From Polyangiaceae bacterium (GTDB lineage Bacteria; Myxococcota_A; Polyangia; Polyangiales; Polyangiaceae): a stretch of 64,000 nt of DNA. Shown here one piece after another: positions 38,500 through 48,547 of the stretch (the first letter of the stretch is position 1; the number at the start of each line of letters is the position of its first letter). Under the pieces are notes generated by a model. That model saw nothing but the letters and a program-made list of their open reading frames with translations, was not told the origin of the DNA and made no database searches. A program made the translations under genes and the position numbers. Location of the stretch: positions 43,244 to 107,243 of the forward strand of contig JBGANF010000010.1 in NCBI GenBank assembly GCA_044222475.1, given 5' to 3'.

Positions 38500-39291
38500 A
38501 TGCGACGCGCGCTAGCTCTCTTCGCCGGGTTCCTCTTCGCGTGCACTCGCTCCAGCCCACCTGCGCCGCCGGCCGCCCATGACGCCGGCGGCGCAGCTTC
38601 GTCCGCCACGGCGAGTGCGACGGCGAGCGCAGCGCCGCCTCCGGTCGACACGAACGCGCCGTATCGGGAGCTCGTCCAGAAGTGGAACGAAGCGCACCAC
38701 GCGCACGACGCCGCCGCGCTCGAGAAGCTCTACGCCCCGAAGATCACGTTCTACGGCGTCAGCATGAGCGCCGCCGACGCGGCGAAGAAGAAGGCGGCCG
38801 CGTTCAAGGCTTCACCGGACTTCACCCAGGCGGCCGGGCTGCCGGAGCTCGAGACCTCCGCCGACAAGAGCGAGACGTGGGCGCGCTTCATGAAGACGAC
38901 GTCGAGCGCCGGAAAATCCGGCGACTACCCGGTGCTCTTGATCTTCGACGCCGACAAGAAGATCAAGGAAGAAGCCGACGACGTGACGCACGACGAACAG
39001 TGGTGCGCGAAGACACCGATGCCCCGCGTTTCGGGGCTCACGATGACCGTGGCCGACGTCATGACCGCGGCGCAAAAGTCGAAGCACATGAGCGCGTGGA
39101 AGCAGGGCGCCGAGTTCGCCCGCTGCGCGAAGCGCTGCGCGACCCCGAGCCACGACTGCGACTACGAGATCCGCCTCATCGACTTCGACTCCGGCACCGG
39201 AGTCCCGACCGGCAGCGTCTACCTCGATCCCCTCACCAAGACGCTGTGGTGGCACGCCGTGACGGGCGGCTGGGAATCGGAAAGGCTGTAG
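38500..39291 (+). CDS. Hypothetical lipoprotein (NTF2/SnoaL-like N-terminal domain)
   Basis: Lipobox LFAC; ELVQKWNEAHHAHDAAALEKLYAP pattern. Confidence 0.6.
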   Translation: MRRALALFAGFLFACTRSSPPAPPAAHDAGGAASSATASATASAAPPPVDTNAPYRELVQKWNEAHHAHDAAALEKLYAPKITFYGVSMSAADAAKKKAAAFKASPDFTQAAGLPELETSADKSETWARFMKTTSSAGKSGDYPVLLIFDADKKIKEEADDVTHDEQWCAKTPMPRVSGLTMTVADVMTAAQKSKHMSAWKQGAEFARCAKRCATPSHDCDYEIRLIDFDSGTGVPTGSVYLDPLTKTLWWHAVTGGWESERL

Positions 39292-39308
39292 CCCTCGTCG
39301 CCCTCCCA

Positions 39309-39445
39309 GAGAAAATGAACAGGAAGGGCGGAAGCGCGGAAGATTTTTGGGGGAGGGTCGAGCACGCCAGCTCTTCGCCAAGCGCCAGCGCCAAATCCAC
39401 CCTCAAATCCTTCCGGACTTCCGCCCTTCCTGTCCAAATTTCTCC
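39309..39445. repeat. Dispersed inverted-repeat element, copy 1 (GAACAGGAAGGGCGGAAG family)
   Basis: Left arm GAACAGGAAGGGCGGAAG pairs with right arm CTTCCGCCCTTCCTGTCC; lies between convergent genes; related copy at 53.0 kb. Confidence 0.7.
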
Positions 39446-39468
39446 GAGGGCGTGGTGGGTGCCGACGG

Positions 39469-40704
39469 CTAGGTCGACTTGGGTTCGTCGGCCAGACCGA
39501 AGCCGTCGTGCAGGACGCGCACCGCGAGCTCGGTGTACTTGGCCGACACCAGGACCGAGACCTTGATCTCGCTGGTGGAGATCGCCTGGATGTTGATCCC
39601 CTCGTTCCCGAGGAGGCCGAACATCTTCGCCGCGATGCCGGCGTGCGACCGCATGCCGAGGCCGACGATGCTCACCTTGACGACGTCGTCGTCGTAGCGG
39701 ATCTCGCGCACGCCGAGGTCCTTGGCGATCGCCTCGAGCTCGGGCTTTGCCCGCGCGAGGTCGGTCTTGGCCAGCGTGAAGGTGACGTCGGCGCGGCCCG
39801 CCGACTCGGTCTGGGCGTTCTGCACGATCATGTCGACCGAGATGTTCTTCTCGGCGATGCGGCCGAACAGCTTGGCCACCGCACCCGGTTCGTCTTTGAT
39901 GCCGAGGAGCGTGACCCGCGCTTCGCCCTTGTCGTACGCGACGCCGGCGACGACGACGTCTTCGAGAGACCGGTCCTCGCGCGTGACCCAGGTGCCCTCG
40001 GCCTCCGAGAACGAGCTTCGAACGTGTACCGGTACTCCGTACTTCATCGCGATCTCCACGCTGCGGATCTGCAGCACCTTCGCCCCGAGCGAGGCGAGCT
40101 CGAGCATTTCCTCGAACGAAATCTTCCGGATCTTCCGGGCCGACGGACACACGTTCGGATCGGTCGTGTAGACGCCGTCGACGTCGGTGTAGATCTCGCA
40201 CGCGTCCGCGCCGATCGCCGCGGCGATGGCCACCGCCGACGTGTCCGAACCGCCTCGACCGAGCGTCGTGATGTTGCCGGCCTCGTCGACGCCCTGGAAG
40301 CCGGCGACGACGGCAATCGAACCTTCCTTCAAGGTCGAGAAGATCTTGGAGCCTTCGATCGTCTTGATGCGCGCCTTCGTGAACGCGCCGTCGGTGAGGA
40401 TCTTCACCTGGTGGCCGAGCAGGCTGCGCGCCTTCGCGCCCTCCGCCTGGATGGCCATCGACACGAGCGCGGCGGACACCTGCTCCCCGGTCGCGGCGAG
40501 CGCATCCATCTCGCGCGCGTCGGGGACGGCCTGCATCTCGTGCGCCATCTTGAGCAGGCGATTCGTCTCACCGCTCATCGCGCTGACGATGCACACCACG
40601 TCGTGGCCGGCGCGCTGCGCCGCGACGCAGCGCTTGGCCACGCTCTGCATGCGCTCGAGCGATCCGACCGACGTGCCTCCGTACTTCTGAACGACGAGTG
40701 CCAC
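39469..40704 (-). CDS. lysC: Aspartate kinase
   Basis: VQKYGGTS, VSAMSG, AGFQG, TLGRGGSDTSA and YTDVDG motifs; two ACT domains; STSEIK. Confidence 0.95.
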   Translation of the reverse strand: MALVVQKYGGTSVGSLERMQSVAKRCVAAQRAGHDVVCIVSAMSGETNRLLKMAHEMQAVPDAREMDALAATGEQVSAALVSMAIQAEGAKARSLLGHQVKILTDGAFTKARIKTIEGSKIFSTLKEGSIAVVAGFQGVDEAGNITTLGRGGSDTSAVAIAAAIGADACEIYTDVDGVYTTDPNVCPSARKIRKISFEEMLELASLGAKVLQIRSVEIAMKYGVPVHVRSSFSEAEGTWVTREDRSLEDVVVAGVAYDKGEARVTLLGIKDEPGAVAKLFGRIAEKNISVDMIVQNAQTESAGRADVTFTLAKTDLARAKPELEAIAKDLGVREIRYDDDVVKVSIVGLGMRSHAGIAAKMFGLLGNEGINIQAISTSEIKVSVLVSAKYTELAVRVLHDGFGLADEPKST

Positions 40705-40762
40705 GGGGCGTCTAGCTACCGAGACGCCCGCGCTCCGTCAATGGTCGTGGTAGGGTGACGCC

Positions 40763-42358
40763 ATGGAGTTCGTGCCCGGCACGATCTTCGCGAACGACTA
40801 TCGCGTAAGGCACGCGCTCTCCGCTGGGGGAATGGGCGCGGTGTACGTCGTCGATCAAATTTCCACCGGGAAGCCACGCGCGCTGAAGCTCATGCACGCC
40901 CAGCTCCTGCACAGCCCGGAGCTACGCGCACGGTTCGAGCAAGAAGCACGCATCGGAGCCCGGATCGCGAGCGAGCACGTCGTCGAGGTGCACGCCGCCG
41001 GGATCGACTTCGGCACTCAGCAGCCGTACATCGTGATGGAGCTGCTCGAAGGCGAGAGCCTCGCCGCGCGCATCGCTCGCAGCCCGGTCGATCCGACGAC
41101 CGCGCGCGAGATCCTCGCCCAGATGTGCCACGCGCTCATCGCCGCCCACGCCGCCGGCGTCGTCCACCGCGACCTGAAGCCCGAGAACGTCTTCCTCGCC
41201 GTGCCTCACCGCATCGGCGCGACGCTCACCGTGAAGATCCTCGACTTCGGCATCGCCAAGATCGTGGAGCGGGAGGCGGTCGCGACCAGCGCGATCGGCT
41301 CGCCGATGTGGCTCGCGCCCGAGCAGACCGAGCGCAGCCCGGTCGCGCCTGCAACCGACGTGTGGGCGCTCGGATTGATTGCATTCTACATGCTCACTGG
41401 GCAGGTCTTCTGGCGCAACGCGACGGGCCCGTCCGCGTCGGTTCCACGGCTCATGCGCGAGGTGGTGCTCGATCCGATCCCGCTCGCGTCGGCGCGCGCC
41501 GCCGAGCTCGGCGCGAACCTCCCGGCCGGTTTCGACCAGTGGTTCGCGCGCGCCGTCGTCCGCGACATGAACGCGCGCTTCCCCGATGCGGCCCACGCGT
41601 GGCGTGCGCTCGAGCCGCTTCTCCAAGGTCAGGGCGTCGCCGGGGCACACCCGGCTGCGCGAATCACCCCCGGTGCCCAGCAGTTCGCGGAGACCCAGCC
41701 GTTCGTCGATGCGTCCCAGACCGAGCGCGAGCGCCGGGCGACCGGACCCGGGCCGGCGGCGACGGAGCCCACGGCTCCGCCGAGACGCGGTCGCGGTCTC
41801 CTCCTCGTCGGGATCGTGTTCGGAGCAGGCGTGATCATCAGCGTGCTCATCGCGTTGGGCTACCGCTTCCTCAGCCATGGGCAGCACCGCGTGGAGCCGA
41901 GCGCGGGCCCGGTGGTCGCGCCTGGCCCGTCGAGCGCGGTCGTCGTCGACACGAGCGTGCCTCCGGTGCCGCCGACGGCCGTCGTGACGACACCACCGGG
42001 CGGCTTTCCTTCGGGGATGCCGTCGTTCGTTCCGCCGGCGGGGTTTCCCGGCATCAGCGGCGGCGGCGCGATGAGCGGCTTCGTGATCGCCGAGAGAAAC
42101 GCCGACCTCCAGGCCGACGCGCAGAAGCAGTTCAACGATCACCTCGCCGACGATCTGCACAAGTGCGTCGCCGACGGGCGCCGGGGCAGCGTCAACTTCA
42201 TGACCAAGGTTCGCCCCAACGGGAGCGTTTCGTCGGTGATGGCGATCGGGGCCGCCGGTCCTCACGTCAACTGCATGACGAAGGTCCTCGAGGGATCTCG
42301 GTTCGTGTCGACCGCGAAGGGCGGCGACGTCGTGTTCAGTTTGTTTTGGCAGAAGTGA
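40763..42358 (+). CDS. Membrane Ser/Thr protein kinase with extracytoplasmic domain
   Basis: SAGGMGAVY, RALK, HRDLKPEN, DFG and GSPMWLAPE motifs; TM; Cys-paired C-terminal domain. Confidence 0.92.
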   Translation: MEFVPGTIFANDYRVRHALSAGGMGAVYVVDQISTGKPRALKLMHAQLLHSPELRARFEQEARIGARIASEHVVEVHAAGIDFGTQQPYIVMELLEGESLAARIARSPVDPTTAREILAQMCHALIAAHAAGVVHRDLKPENVFLAVPHRIGATLTVKILDFGIAKIVEREAVATSAIGSPMWLAPEQTERSPVAPATDVWALGLIAFYMLTGQVFWRNATGPSASVPRLMREVVLDPIPLASARAAELGANLPAGFDQWFARAVVRDMNARFPDAAHAWRALEPLLQGQGVAGAHPAARITPGAQQFAETQPFVDASQTERERRATGPGPAATEPTAPPRRGRGLLLVGIVFGAGVIISVLIALGYRFLSHGQHRVEPSAGPVVAPGPSSAVVVDTSVPPVPPTAVVTTPPGGFPSGMPSFVPPAGFPGISGGGAMSGFVIAERNADLQADAQKQFNDHLADDLHKCVADGRRGSVNFMTKVRPNGSVSSVMAIGAAGPHVNCMTKVLEGSRFVSTAKGGDVVFSLFWQK

Positions 42359-42380
42359 CGTAGGCCTATATGGTCCCGCC

Positions 42381-42779
42381 GTGGGGTCCTACTCCTCCTA
42401 TCTCGTGGAGACGTTCACGACCCTCGTCGTCGTGTGTGGCCTCGCGTTCCTCGTCTTGTGGAGCGCACGCCGTCTCGGCATCGGCGCGCAGCTCGGCGCG
42501 GCGCGCCTCGTCGGGCGCCTCCCGCTCGACGCGCGGCGCGCGATCTACCTCGTCAAGGTGGGCCCGAAGGTCCTCGTGGTCGGCGCGTCCGAGGCAGGCC
42601 TGACCAAGCTCGGCGAGATGGCGGAGTCGGAGCTCCCGCCCGAGCCGAAAGCTCCGAAGAGCCCGTTCGCTTCGATCCTCGCGCGCACGCTCGGCTCCCC
42701 CAAAGAGGAGACGCCCGTCGACGAGCCGAAGCCCGAGGACGGCAAACGCGCGGAGGCGAAGAGCGTCGATGACGAGTAG
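42381..42779 (+). CDS. fliO: FliO-family export chaperone
   Basis: N-terminal TM; LVGRLPLDARRAIYLVKVGPKVLVVG pattern; directly upstream of a FliP/SctR gene. Confidence 0.75.
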   Translation: MGSYSSYLVETFTTLVVVCGLAFLVLWSARRLGIGAQLGAARLVGRLPLDARRAIYLVKVGPKVLVVGASEAGLTKLGEMAESELPPEPKAPKSPFASILARTLGSPKEETPVDEPKPEDGKRAEAKSVDDE

Positions 42780-43533
42780 GCGTCCGCTCCTCGTCGCGCT
42801 CGCCGCCAGCGCCCTCGCGCTCGCGCCCGGCCTCGCGCACGCCGCACCTCAGGCGACGGCGACCGCTGGCTCCGACGACCTCCTCGGTCGACCGATCGTC
42901 CTCGTCGTCGCCCTCGCGCTCGTCTCGCTCCTCCCGTTCGTCTTCATGAGCGTGACCGCCTTCGTGAAGATCTCGACCGTCCTCCAGATCGTGAAGAGCG
43001 CGATCGGCGCGCAGAACGTCCCGTCGAACACGGTGATCATGGCGCTCGCGGCGTCGCTCACGTTGCTCGCGATGGCCCCCGTCGGCGACAAGATCTGGGC
43101 GCGCGCGTCGCCGATGTTCGAAGGCAAGGACGTCCCCGACACGATCACGCTGGTGAAGGGCACCATCGACGCCGTTCGCGAGCCGATGCGCGACTTCCTC
43201 CACGACAACGCGAGCGCGACGGAGCGCGCGCGCTTCGTCCAAGTCGCGAAGGAGTCGAGGCCCGAAGCCGATCGCGACAAGGTGTCGGATCACGACATCT
43301 CGGTGCTCGTGCCCGCGTTCGTCGTCACCGAGCTCACCGAAGCGTTCGCGCTCGGCTTCCTCATCTATCTGCCGTTCCTGATCATCGATCTCGTCGTCTC
43401 GAACATCTTGCTCGCGCTCGGCATGCAGATGCTCAACCCGACGCAGGTGAGCCTGCCGTTCAAGCTGCTCCTGTTCGTGGCGATCGACGGGTGGGGTCTA
43501 CTCGCCCGAGCTCTCGTCGCCGGCTACAAATAG
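42769..43533 (+). CDS. sctR: Type III export gate subunit SctR / FliP family
   Basis: TAFVKISTVL, AIGAQNVPSN, PAFVVTEL, IYLPFLIIDLVVSNILLALGM and SLPFKLLLFVAIDGW motifs. Confidence 0.9.
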   Translation: MTSRRPLLVALAASALALAPGLAHAAPQATATAGSDDLLGRPIVLVVALALVSLLPFVFMSVTAFVKISTVLQIVKSAIGAQNVPSNTVIMALAASLTLLAMAPVGDKIWARASPMFEGKDVPDTITLVKGTIDAVREPMRDFLHDNASATERARFVQVAKESRPEADRDKVSDHDISVLVPAFVVTELTEAFALGFLIYLPFLIIDLVVSNILLALGMQMLNPTQVSLPFKLLLFVAIDGWGLLARALVAGYK

Positions 43534-43636
43534 CGGCGCCATTTTACCGAGCACAATCCAACGGATACGCGAGATTCGCGCGAGCCGTGTAAGGTCCCCA
43601 CCTCCGCTCCGTTCCTTTGCCACAACTGGAGGAGCG

Positions 43637-44626
43637 ATGCGAAAATCTCATGTGCTTGCTGCGACGACGTTCGCGGCCGTTCTTACGACCTTCCTGACTG
43701 GCTGCGGCGCCAGCGCCTCGATGAAGGCCCCCGCGAGCCCCGGCTACGCGAACGCCGGCGCCCAGGCCTACCCGGGCGGCGCTGCGGATTCGTACTCGAA
43801 GGCCAGCAGCGAATCGATGGACAGCGACGCGCCGGTGCCGATGAGCGCCCCGCCGCCGGCGACCGCCGGTGGTGCCGCGCCCGCGCCGCGATCGGCACAG
43901 CCCGCGGCGTACCACCCGCCCGCGAGCGCGCCGGCCACGGTCACGTCCTCGCCCACCGCGGGCAAGACGACGACCGCGACGACGACGACGAACAAGGAGA
44001 ACGGCAAGGACGCGTCGAATCCGGCGGTCCTGATCATGTACACCGGCTCGCTCACGATGACGATCGACGAGAGCGCCGTCTCCGGCGCGATCGACAAGAT
44101 GGTCGACATCGCCGAGGGCTTCGGCGGACACCTCGCTGGCCGCACGAACACGACGGTCACGATCAAGGTCCCGTCGGGTCGCTTCCGCGACGCGCTCTCC
44201 GAGATGGAGAAGCTCGGGATGGTGACGAACCGCAGCGTCGTCGCCGAGGACGTCTCGGAAGAGTACAAGGACGCCGAAGTGCGGCTCGCCAACATGAAGG
44301 CGACCCGCACGCGCATCCAGGAGTTCCTCGCGAAGGCGGCGAACATCAACGACATGCTCACCCTCGAGCAGCAGCTCGAGCGCGTCTCCTTGGAGATCGA
44401 CCGCATCGAAGGCCGCATGCGCTTCCTTCGCGAGCGGACGGCGCTCTCGACGATCACGGTCAACGTGACGCCGAAGCCGAAGCCGGTGCCGATCCTCGCG
44501 AAGGATCCCGACCCGCCCCCGCCCCCGCCCCCGCCTCCGCCGCCTCAGCCGCCCACGGCGATCGAGCTCCCGGTGAAGTGGCTCGACCAACTCGGCAGCG
44601 ACCGTCTTACCCAGGTGAAGAAATGA
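43637..44626 (+). CDS. DUF4349-domain lipoprotein
   Basis: GGAGGAG RBS; lipobox LTGC; IKVPSGRF, EDVSEEYKD and EIDRIEGRMRFL...STITV motifs. Confidence 0.85.
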   Translation: MRKSHVLAATTFAAVLTTFLTGCGASASMKAPASPGYANAGAQAYPGGAADSYSKASSESMDSDAPVPMSAPPPATAGGAAPAPRSAQPAAYHPPASAPATVTSSPTAGKTTTATTTTNKENGKDASNPAVLIMYTGSLTMTIDESAVSGAIDKMVDIAEGFGGHLAGRTNTTVTIKVPSGRFRDALSEMEKLGMVTNRSVVAEDVSEEYKDAEVRLANMKATRTRIQEFLAKAANINDMLTLEQQLERVSLEIDRIEGRMRFLRERTALSTITVNVTPKPKPVPILAKDPDPPPPPPPPPPPQPPTAIELPVKWLDQLGSDRLTQVKK

Positions 44627-45081
44627 ATACTCCGATGAAGCTTCTGGTCTCTGCGATGTTCCTCCTCGTTCCGCTCGCCTCGGTGGCGTGCGGCCCGAGC
44701 GCCAAGCTCACCGCGCCCGCGGGCTTCGCCCACGTCGACGGCGAGTACGACGACCGCATCACCAGCGCGCGTGGCGTCGTCATCGCGGCCCGCGTCGAGA
44801 AGAACGAGCCGCAGGCGAACCTCGAATTCTGGGTCGAAGCGATCGACCTCCGCCTGCAGCAGCGCGGCTACGTCCTCGATGGAACGCCCGGCGAGGTGAA
44901 GAGCAAGTCGGGCATCCCCGGGAAGGCGCTCCGCTACAACTACGGCGGCAAGAAGTACTGGGTCGACGTCTACGCGACCGACAAGCGGATCATCCTCGTC
45001 GAGGCGACCGGACGCTCGCAGGATCTCGACGCCGGCAAGAAGGACATCGAAGGCGCCATGCAGGGCGTGCGGATCAACTGA
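44623..45081 (+). CDS. Hypothetical lipoprotein
   Basis: ATGA overlap with the DUF4349 gene; lipobox SVAC; LTAPAGFAH and NLEFW motifs. Confidence 0.7.
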   Translation: MNTPMKLLVSAMFLLVPLASVACGPSAKLTAPAGFAHVDGEYDDRITSARGVVIAARVEKNEPQANLEFWVEAIDLRLQQRGYVLDGTPGEVKSKSGIPGKALRYNYGGKKYWVDVYATDKRIILVEATGRSQDLDAGKKDIEGAMQGVRIN

Positions 45082-45085
45082 GCCC

Positions 45086-45190
45086 CAAAAAGACGAATTC
45101 GGGGGAACACAGAACGGGAATGGGAACGGGAATGGGTGCTCTCATTCCCATTCCCATTCCCGTTCCACATTCCTCCGCATTCGTCTTTTG
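45086..45190. repeat. Long hairpin built from GGGAAY hexamers; possible terminator
   Basis: CAAAAAGACGAAT...(GGGAAY)n pairs with (RTTCCC)n...ATTCGTCTTTTG. Confidence 0.65.
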
Positions 45191-45243
45191 TCAGCGGTAG
45201 CCCAAAGGCACCGTCGGTGGGGTTGGAAGAAAAGCGGATCCTG

Positions 45244-45271
45244 TTGACAACGTCGTCTGGCCGCGTAGATT
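45244..45271 (+). promoter_or_regulatory. Sigma70 promoter of tRNA-Ala
   Basis: TTGACA-N16-TAGATT. Confidence 0.7.
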
Positions 45272-45287
45272 CCGCTTCCCCTTCGCC

Positions 45288-45360
<73 letters not shown>

Positions 45361-45381
45361 CCGAAAGATCCGAGGACGTCC

Positions 45382-47130
45382 GTGAGGTTCCCCCCGTTCT
45401 CCTTGGTATCGGCCACGGTCCTCGCCGTCGTCCTCGCCGGCGCTTCGTGCAAGTCGCCGGAGGCGCCGGTCACTCCGGTCGGCTCGGCGAGCGCATCGGC
45501 GTCGATCGCGGCGGCTCCTGACGCGGGACCGCCGGCGATCAAGAACGACGTCCTCGTCACCATCGTCATCGACCAGTTCGCGGCGTGGATGGCCGACGAA
45601 CGCCTCGCCGACCTGCCCAAGACGGGAGGCTTCGCTCGCCTCCTCCGCGAAGGGACCTACGTCCGCGAGCTCCGCTTCCGCCACTCGACGACCGAGACTG
45701 CGCCGGGACACTCCGCGCTGTACACCGGGGCGACCCCGCGCGTGTCCGGGATCTTCGGCAACGAGATCGTCGACCCGCTCACCCACAAGCGCGTGACCGT
45801 CCTCCGCGATCGATCGACGACCCAGGTGCTCCCGATGGGCACGACGGACGACCTCGGATCGAGCCTCGCGATCCTCGACGTCGAGACGCTCGCCGACCGT
45901 CTCCGCGCGGAGCGCGACGATGCCGAGATCATCGCGCTGTCCCTCAAGGATCGCGGCGCGCTCTTCGGCGGAGGGCGCAAGCCCGACGCCGCGATCTGGT
46001 TCGACGCGAAGAAGAACACGCTCATCACGTCGACCGCGATCACGAAGGTGTACCCGGCTTGGGCCAAGCTGGACCTCGAGCCGCTCGAGCGCGAGCCGTG
46101 GAAGCTCCTCGACGCTCCTTGGGTCCAGAAGCACGCCGCCACCGGCGACGACCAGTCGGGAGAAGGCGACATCGATGGCTTCGGCATCACCTTCCCCCAC
46201 GACTTCACCGCGTCGAAGACGATCGGCTACGCGTTTCGCGCCAGCCCTCGCGGCGACGAGGCGCTGTTCACTCTCGCAAAGACCGCGGTCGATCGCCACG
46301 ACGCGGCGCGGCCGTTCCTGCTCGCGCTCAGCCTCTCGTCTCACGACGGCGTGAACCACACGTTCGGTCCCGACTCGTGGGAGGCCTGGGACGAGCTCCT
46401 TCGTCTCGACGCCGCGCTCGGCGCGTTCTTCGCCTACCTCGATCGCAAGTTCGGCGAGACCGGCTGGAGCACGATGCTCACCGCCGATCACGGCGGCGTG
46501 CCCATGCCGGAGATCCCCTCCGCGAAGCATGCATGGTGCAACAATGCGGGCGGCGCGAACGACCGATGGGAGAGGCCGTGCGCCCAAGGGACGCGAATCC
46601 TCCAGGACGAGGTCGGCGACAAGATGGAGGCCGAAGCGCAGAAGCTCGTCGGCGGCAAAGGCTCGCCTCGCTTGATCGACGGGTTCGCGTCGCCGTACTT
46701 GTTCCTCTCGTTCGCGGCGATCAACCTCCCGAAGGACAAGAAGGACAAGCTGCTCACGGGGCTTCGCAAGGCCCTCCTCGCGTACCCCGGCATCGACCGG
46801 GCCGTGTTCGATCGCGACGAGCTCCACTGCGATACGGCGACCGACTCGATCGACAAGCTGCTCTGCGAGTCGCTCGCTCCGAAGACGCCGCCGAGCTTCT
46901 ATCTCGTCGCCAAGAAGGGCTCGTTCTTCGATCCGGCTTACACCGTAGGAAAGGGCACGAGCCATGGTGCCCCGTACCTCTCCGATCGCGCCGTCCCGCT
47001 GTTCATCCGCTCCCCTGGTCGGGCCGGCATGGGCGTCGTGGTGGACGCGCCCACCGATTTCAGCGAGTTCGTGCGCACCGCCGCCTCGATCCTGAAGGTT
47101 CGTGCGCCGTCGGGCGCCATGGCTCCCTGA
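45382..47130 (+). CDS. Alkaline phosphatase superfamily (PafA-like) lipoprotein
   Basis: Lipobox GASC; IVIDQF, TETAPGH (Thr nucleophile), SLKDRG, HTFGPDS, LTADHG, TSHG and VPL motifs. Confidence 0.88.
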   Translation: MRFPPFSLVSATVLAVVLAGASCKSPEAPVTPVGSASASASIAAAPDAGPPAIKNDVLVTIVIDQFAAWMADERLADLPKTGGFARLLREGTYVRELRFRHSTTETAPGHSALYTGATPRVSGIFGNEIVDPLTHKRVTVLRDRSTTQVLPMGTTDDLGSSLAILDVETLADRLRAERDDAEIIALSLKDRGALFGGGRKPDAAIWFDAKKNTLITSTAITKVYPAWAKLDLEPLEREPWKLLDAPWVQKHAATGDDQSGEGDIDGFGITFPHDFTASKTIGYAFRASPRGDEALFTLAKTAVDRHDAARPFLLALSLSSHDGVNHTFGPDSWEAWDELLRLDAALGAFFAYLDRKFGETGWSTMLTADHGGVPMPEIPSAKHAWCNNAGGANDRWERPCAQGTRILQDEVGDKMEAEAQKLVGGKGSPRLIDGFASPYLFLSFAAINLPKDKKDKLLTGLRKALLAYPGIDRAVFDRDELHCDTATDSIDKLLCESLAPKTPPSFYLVAKKGSFFDPAYTVGKGTSHGAPYLSDRAVPLFIRSPGRAGMGVVVDAPTDFSEFVRTAASILKVRAPSGAMAP

Positions 47131-47188
47131 GGCAGCGACCTCTGTTTCCTGGTAGTCTCGTGCGTCGCCCCGAGGCTTCCCTAAACTC

Positions 47189-48547
47189 ATGTCCGAACCG
47201 GCTCTGCAGCACGACGACTCTCCGACGCTCGAGGGCTCCCTCGTCTCGGGGAAGTACCGCGTCGGCCGGCTGATCGGCTCCGGCGGCATGGGGACGGTGT
47301 GGGACGGCGTGCACGAAGCGCTCGGGACTCGCGTCGCCATCAAGTTCATCAAGCCGTCGCACGCCTCGGCGAGTGACGCGCGGAAGCGCTTCGAGATCGA
47401 GGCGCGCGCAGCCGCCAAGCTCCAATCGAAGCACGCCGTCCAGGTCTTCGACTACGGCGTGACCGACGCAGGTCTGCCGTACATCGTCATGGAGTACCTC
47501 GAGGGCGAGTCGCTGTCGGACGCGCTGATTCGGCGTGGGCCCTTCCCCGCCCAAGAGGTCGCGCGGATGATCGGGCAGGCGGCGCGCGCGCTCAGCAAGG
47601 CGCACAACGCGGGAATCGTTCACCGCGATCTCAAGCCCGACAACATCTTCCTCGCCGAGTCGGACGAGGAAGGCCACGACGAGGACGACCTACCGTACAC
47701 GGTGAAGCTCGTGGACTTCGGCATCGCGAAGATGTTCGACGAGCCGATCCGGGGAGACTCGAAGGCCATGCCGATGGGCGGCCCGACCCAAGAGGGCGCG
47801 GTCATCGGGACCCCGAACTTCATGGCGCCCGAACAGCTCACGGTAGGTGGGAACCCGAACGCCCTCACCGACCTCTGGTCGCTGGGCGCATGCACCTTCG
47901 CCGCGATGACCGCCCGCATCCCCTTCGAGGGCGAGGTGCTCGGCGACATCGTGCTCAAGGTCTGCGCCGCGCCGCTCCCCGTTCCTTCGAAGTACATCGA
48001 CGACGTGCCCGCCGGCTTCGACGCCTGGTTCGCACGCGCGTGCAACCGCGACCCGACGAAGCGCTTCCAAACCGCCGACGAGCTCGCGCTCGCGCTCGCC
48101 AACGTCTGCGGCGTCGGCCGGGTGAAGACGGCGACGCTGAACGAAGATCAGATCCAATACGCGCTCAAGCCGTCGTCACCCGACGTCGCGTCGCTCGCGG
48201 ACGACATCGAGGTCCCGAAGGCCATGTCGCCGAAGACCGCGCTCCTCGCGGGGCTCGTGCTCGGCGTCACCGTCATGATCGGCATCGCGGGCGTGCTCGC
48301 GTGGCGCGACACGCAGCGCCAAGAGGACCTTCTGAACGCTCCGCACTCGGCCACCGCGAGCGCGCCTCCGTCGACCGCACCGAGCGTCTCGGCGAGCGCT
48401 CCGCCGTCGGCATCGGTGTCCGCTTCGGCGAGCGCAACCGCGACGACGCCGGCGCCGCGGCGAACCGCAGCGCCGACGGCGACGCCGACCACACCTCCGA
48501 CTGCAACCGCTCCTCCGACCGCCACGGCGACGGCCGACAGCGACTGA
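47189..48547 (+). CDS. Membrane Ser/Thr protein kinase
   Basis: GSGGMGTVW, VAIK, HRDLKPDN, DFG and GTPNFMAPE motifs; TM and A/S/T/P tail. Confidence 0.93.
   Translation: MSEPALQHDDSPTLEGSLVSGKYRVGRLIGSGGMGTVWDGVHEALGTRVAIKFIKPSHASASDARKRFEIEARAAAKLQSKHAVQVFDYGVTDAGLPYIVMEYLEGESLSDALIRRGPFPAQEVARMIGQAARALSKAHNAGIVHRDLKPDNIFLAESDEEGHDEDDLPYTVKLVDFGIAKMFDEPIRGDSKAMPMGGPTQEGAVIGTPNFMAPEQLTVGGNPNALTDLWSLGACTFAAMTARIPFEGEVLGDIVLKVCAAPLPVPSKYIDDVPAGFDAWFARACNRDPTKRFQTADELALALANVCGVGRVKTATLNEDQIQYALKPSSPDVASLADDIEVPKAMSPKTALLAGLVLGVTVMIGIAGVLAWRDTQRQEDLLNAPHSATASAPPSTAPSVSASAPPSASVSASASATATTPAPRRTAAPTATPTTPPTATAPPTATATADSD

Noticed and set aside
39955..39990. Internal start for an aspartate kinase beta subunit
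   Set aside because: A GAGGA is present, but the usual Met position is a CTC (Leu) codon and no in-frame ATG/GTG/TTG is adjacent
44510..44555. (CCCCCG)n tract as a phase-variation site
   Set aside because: It is an in-frame hexamer encoding a poly-Pro linker; slippage would not shift the frame
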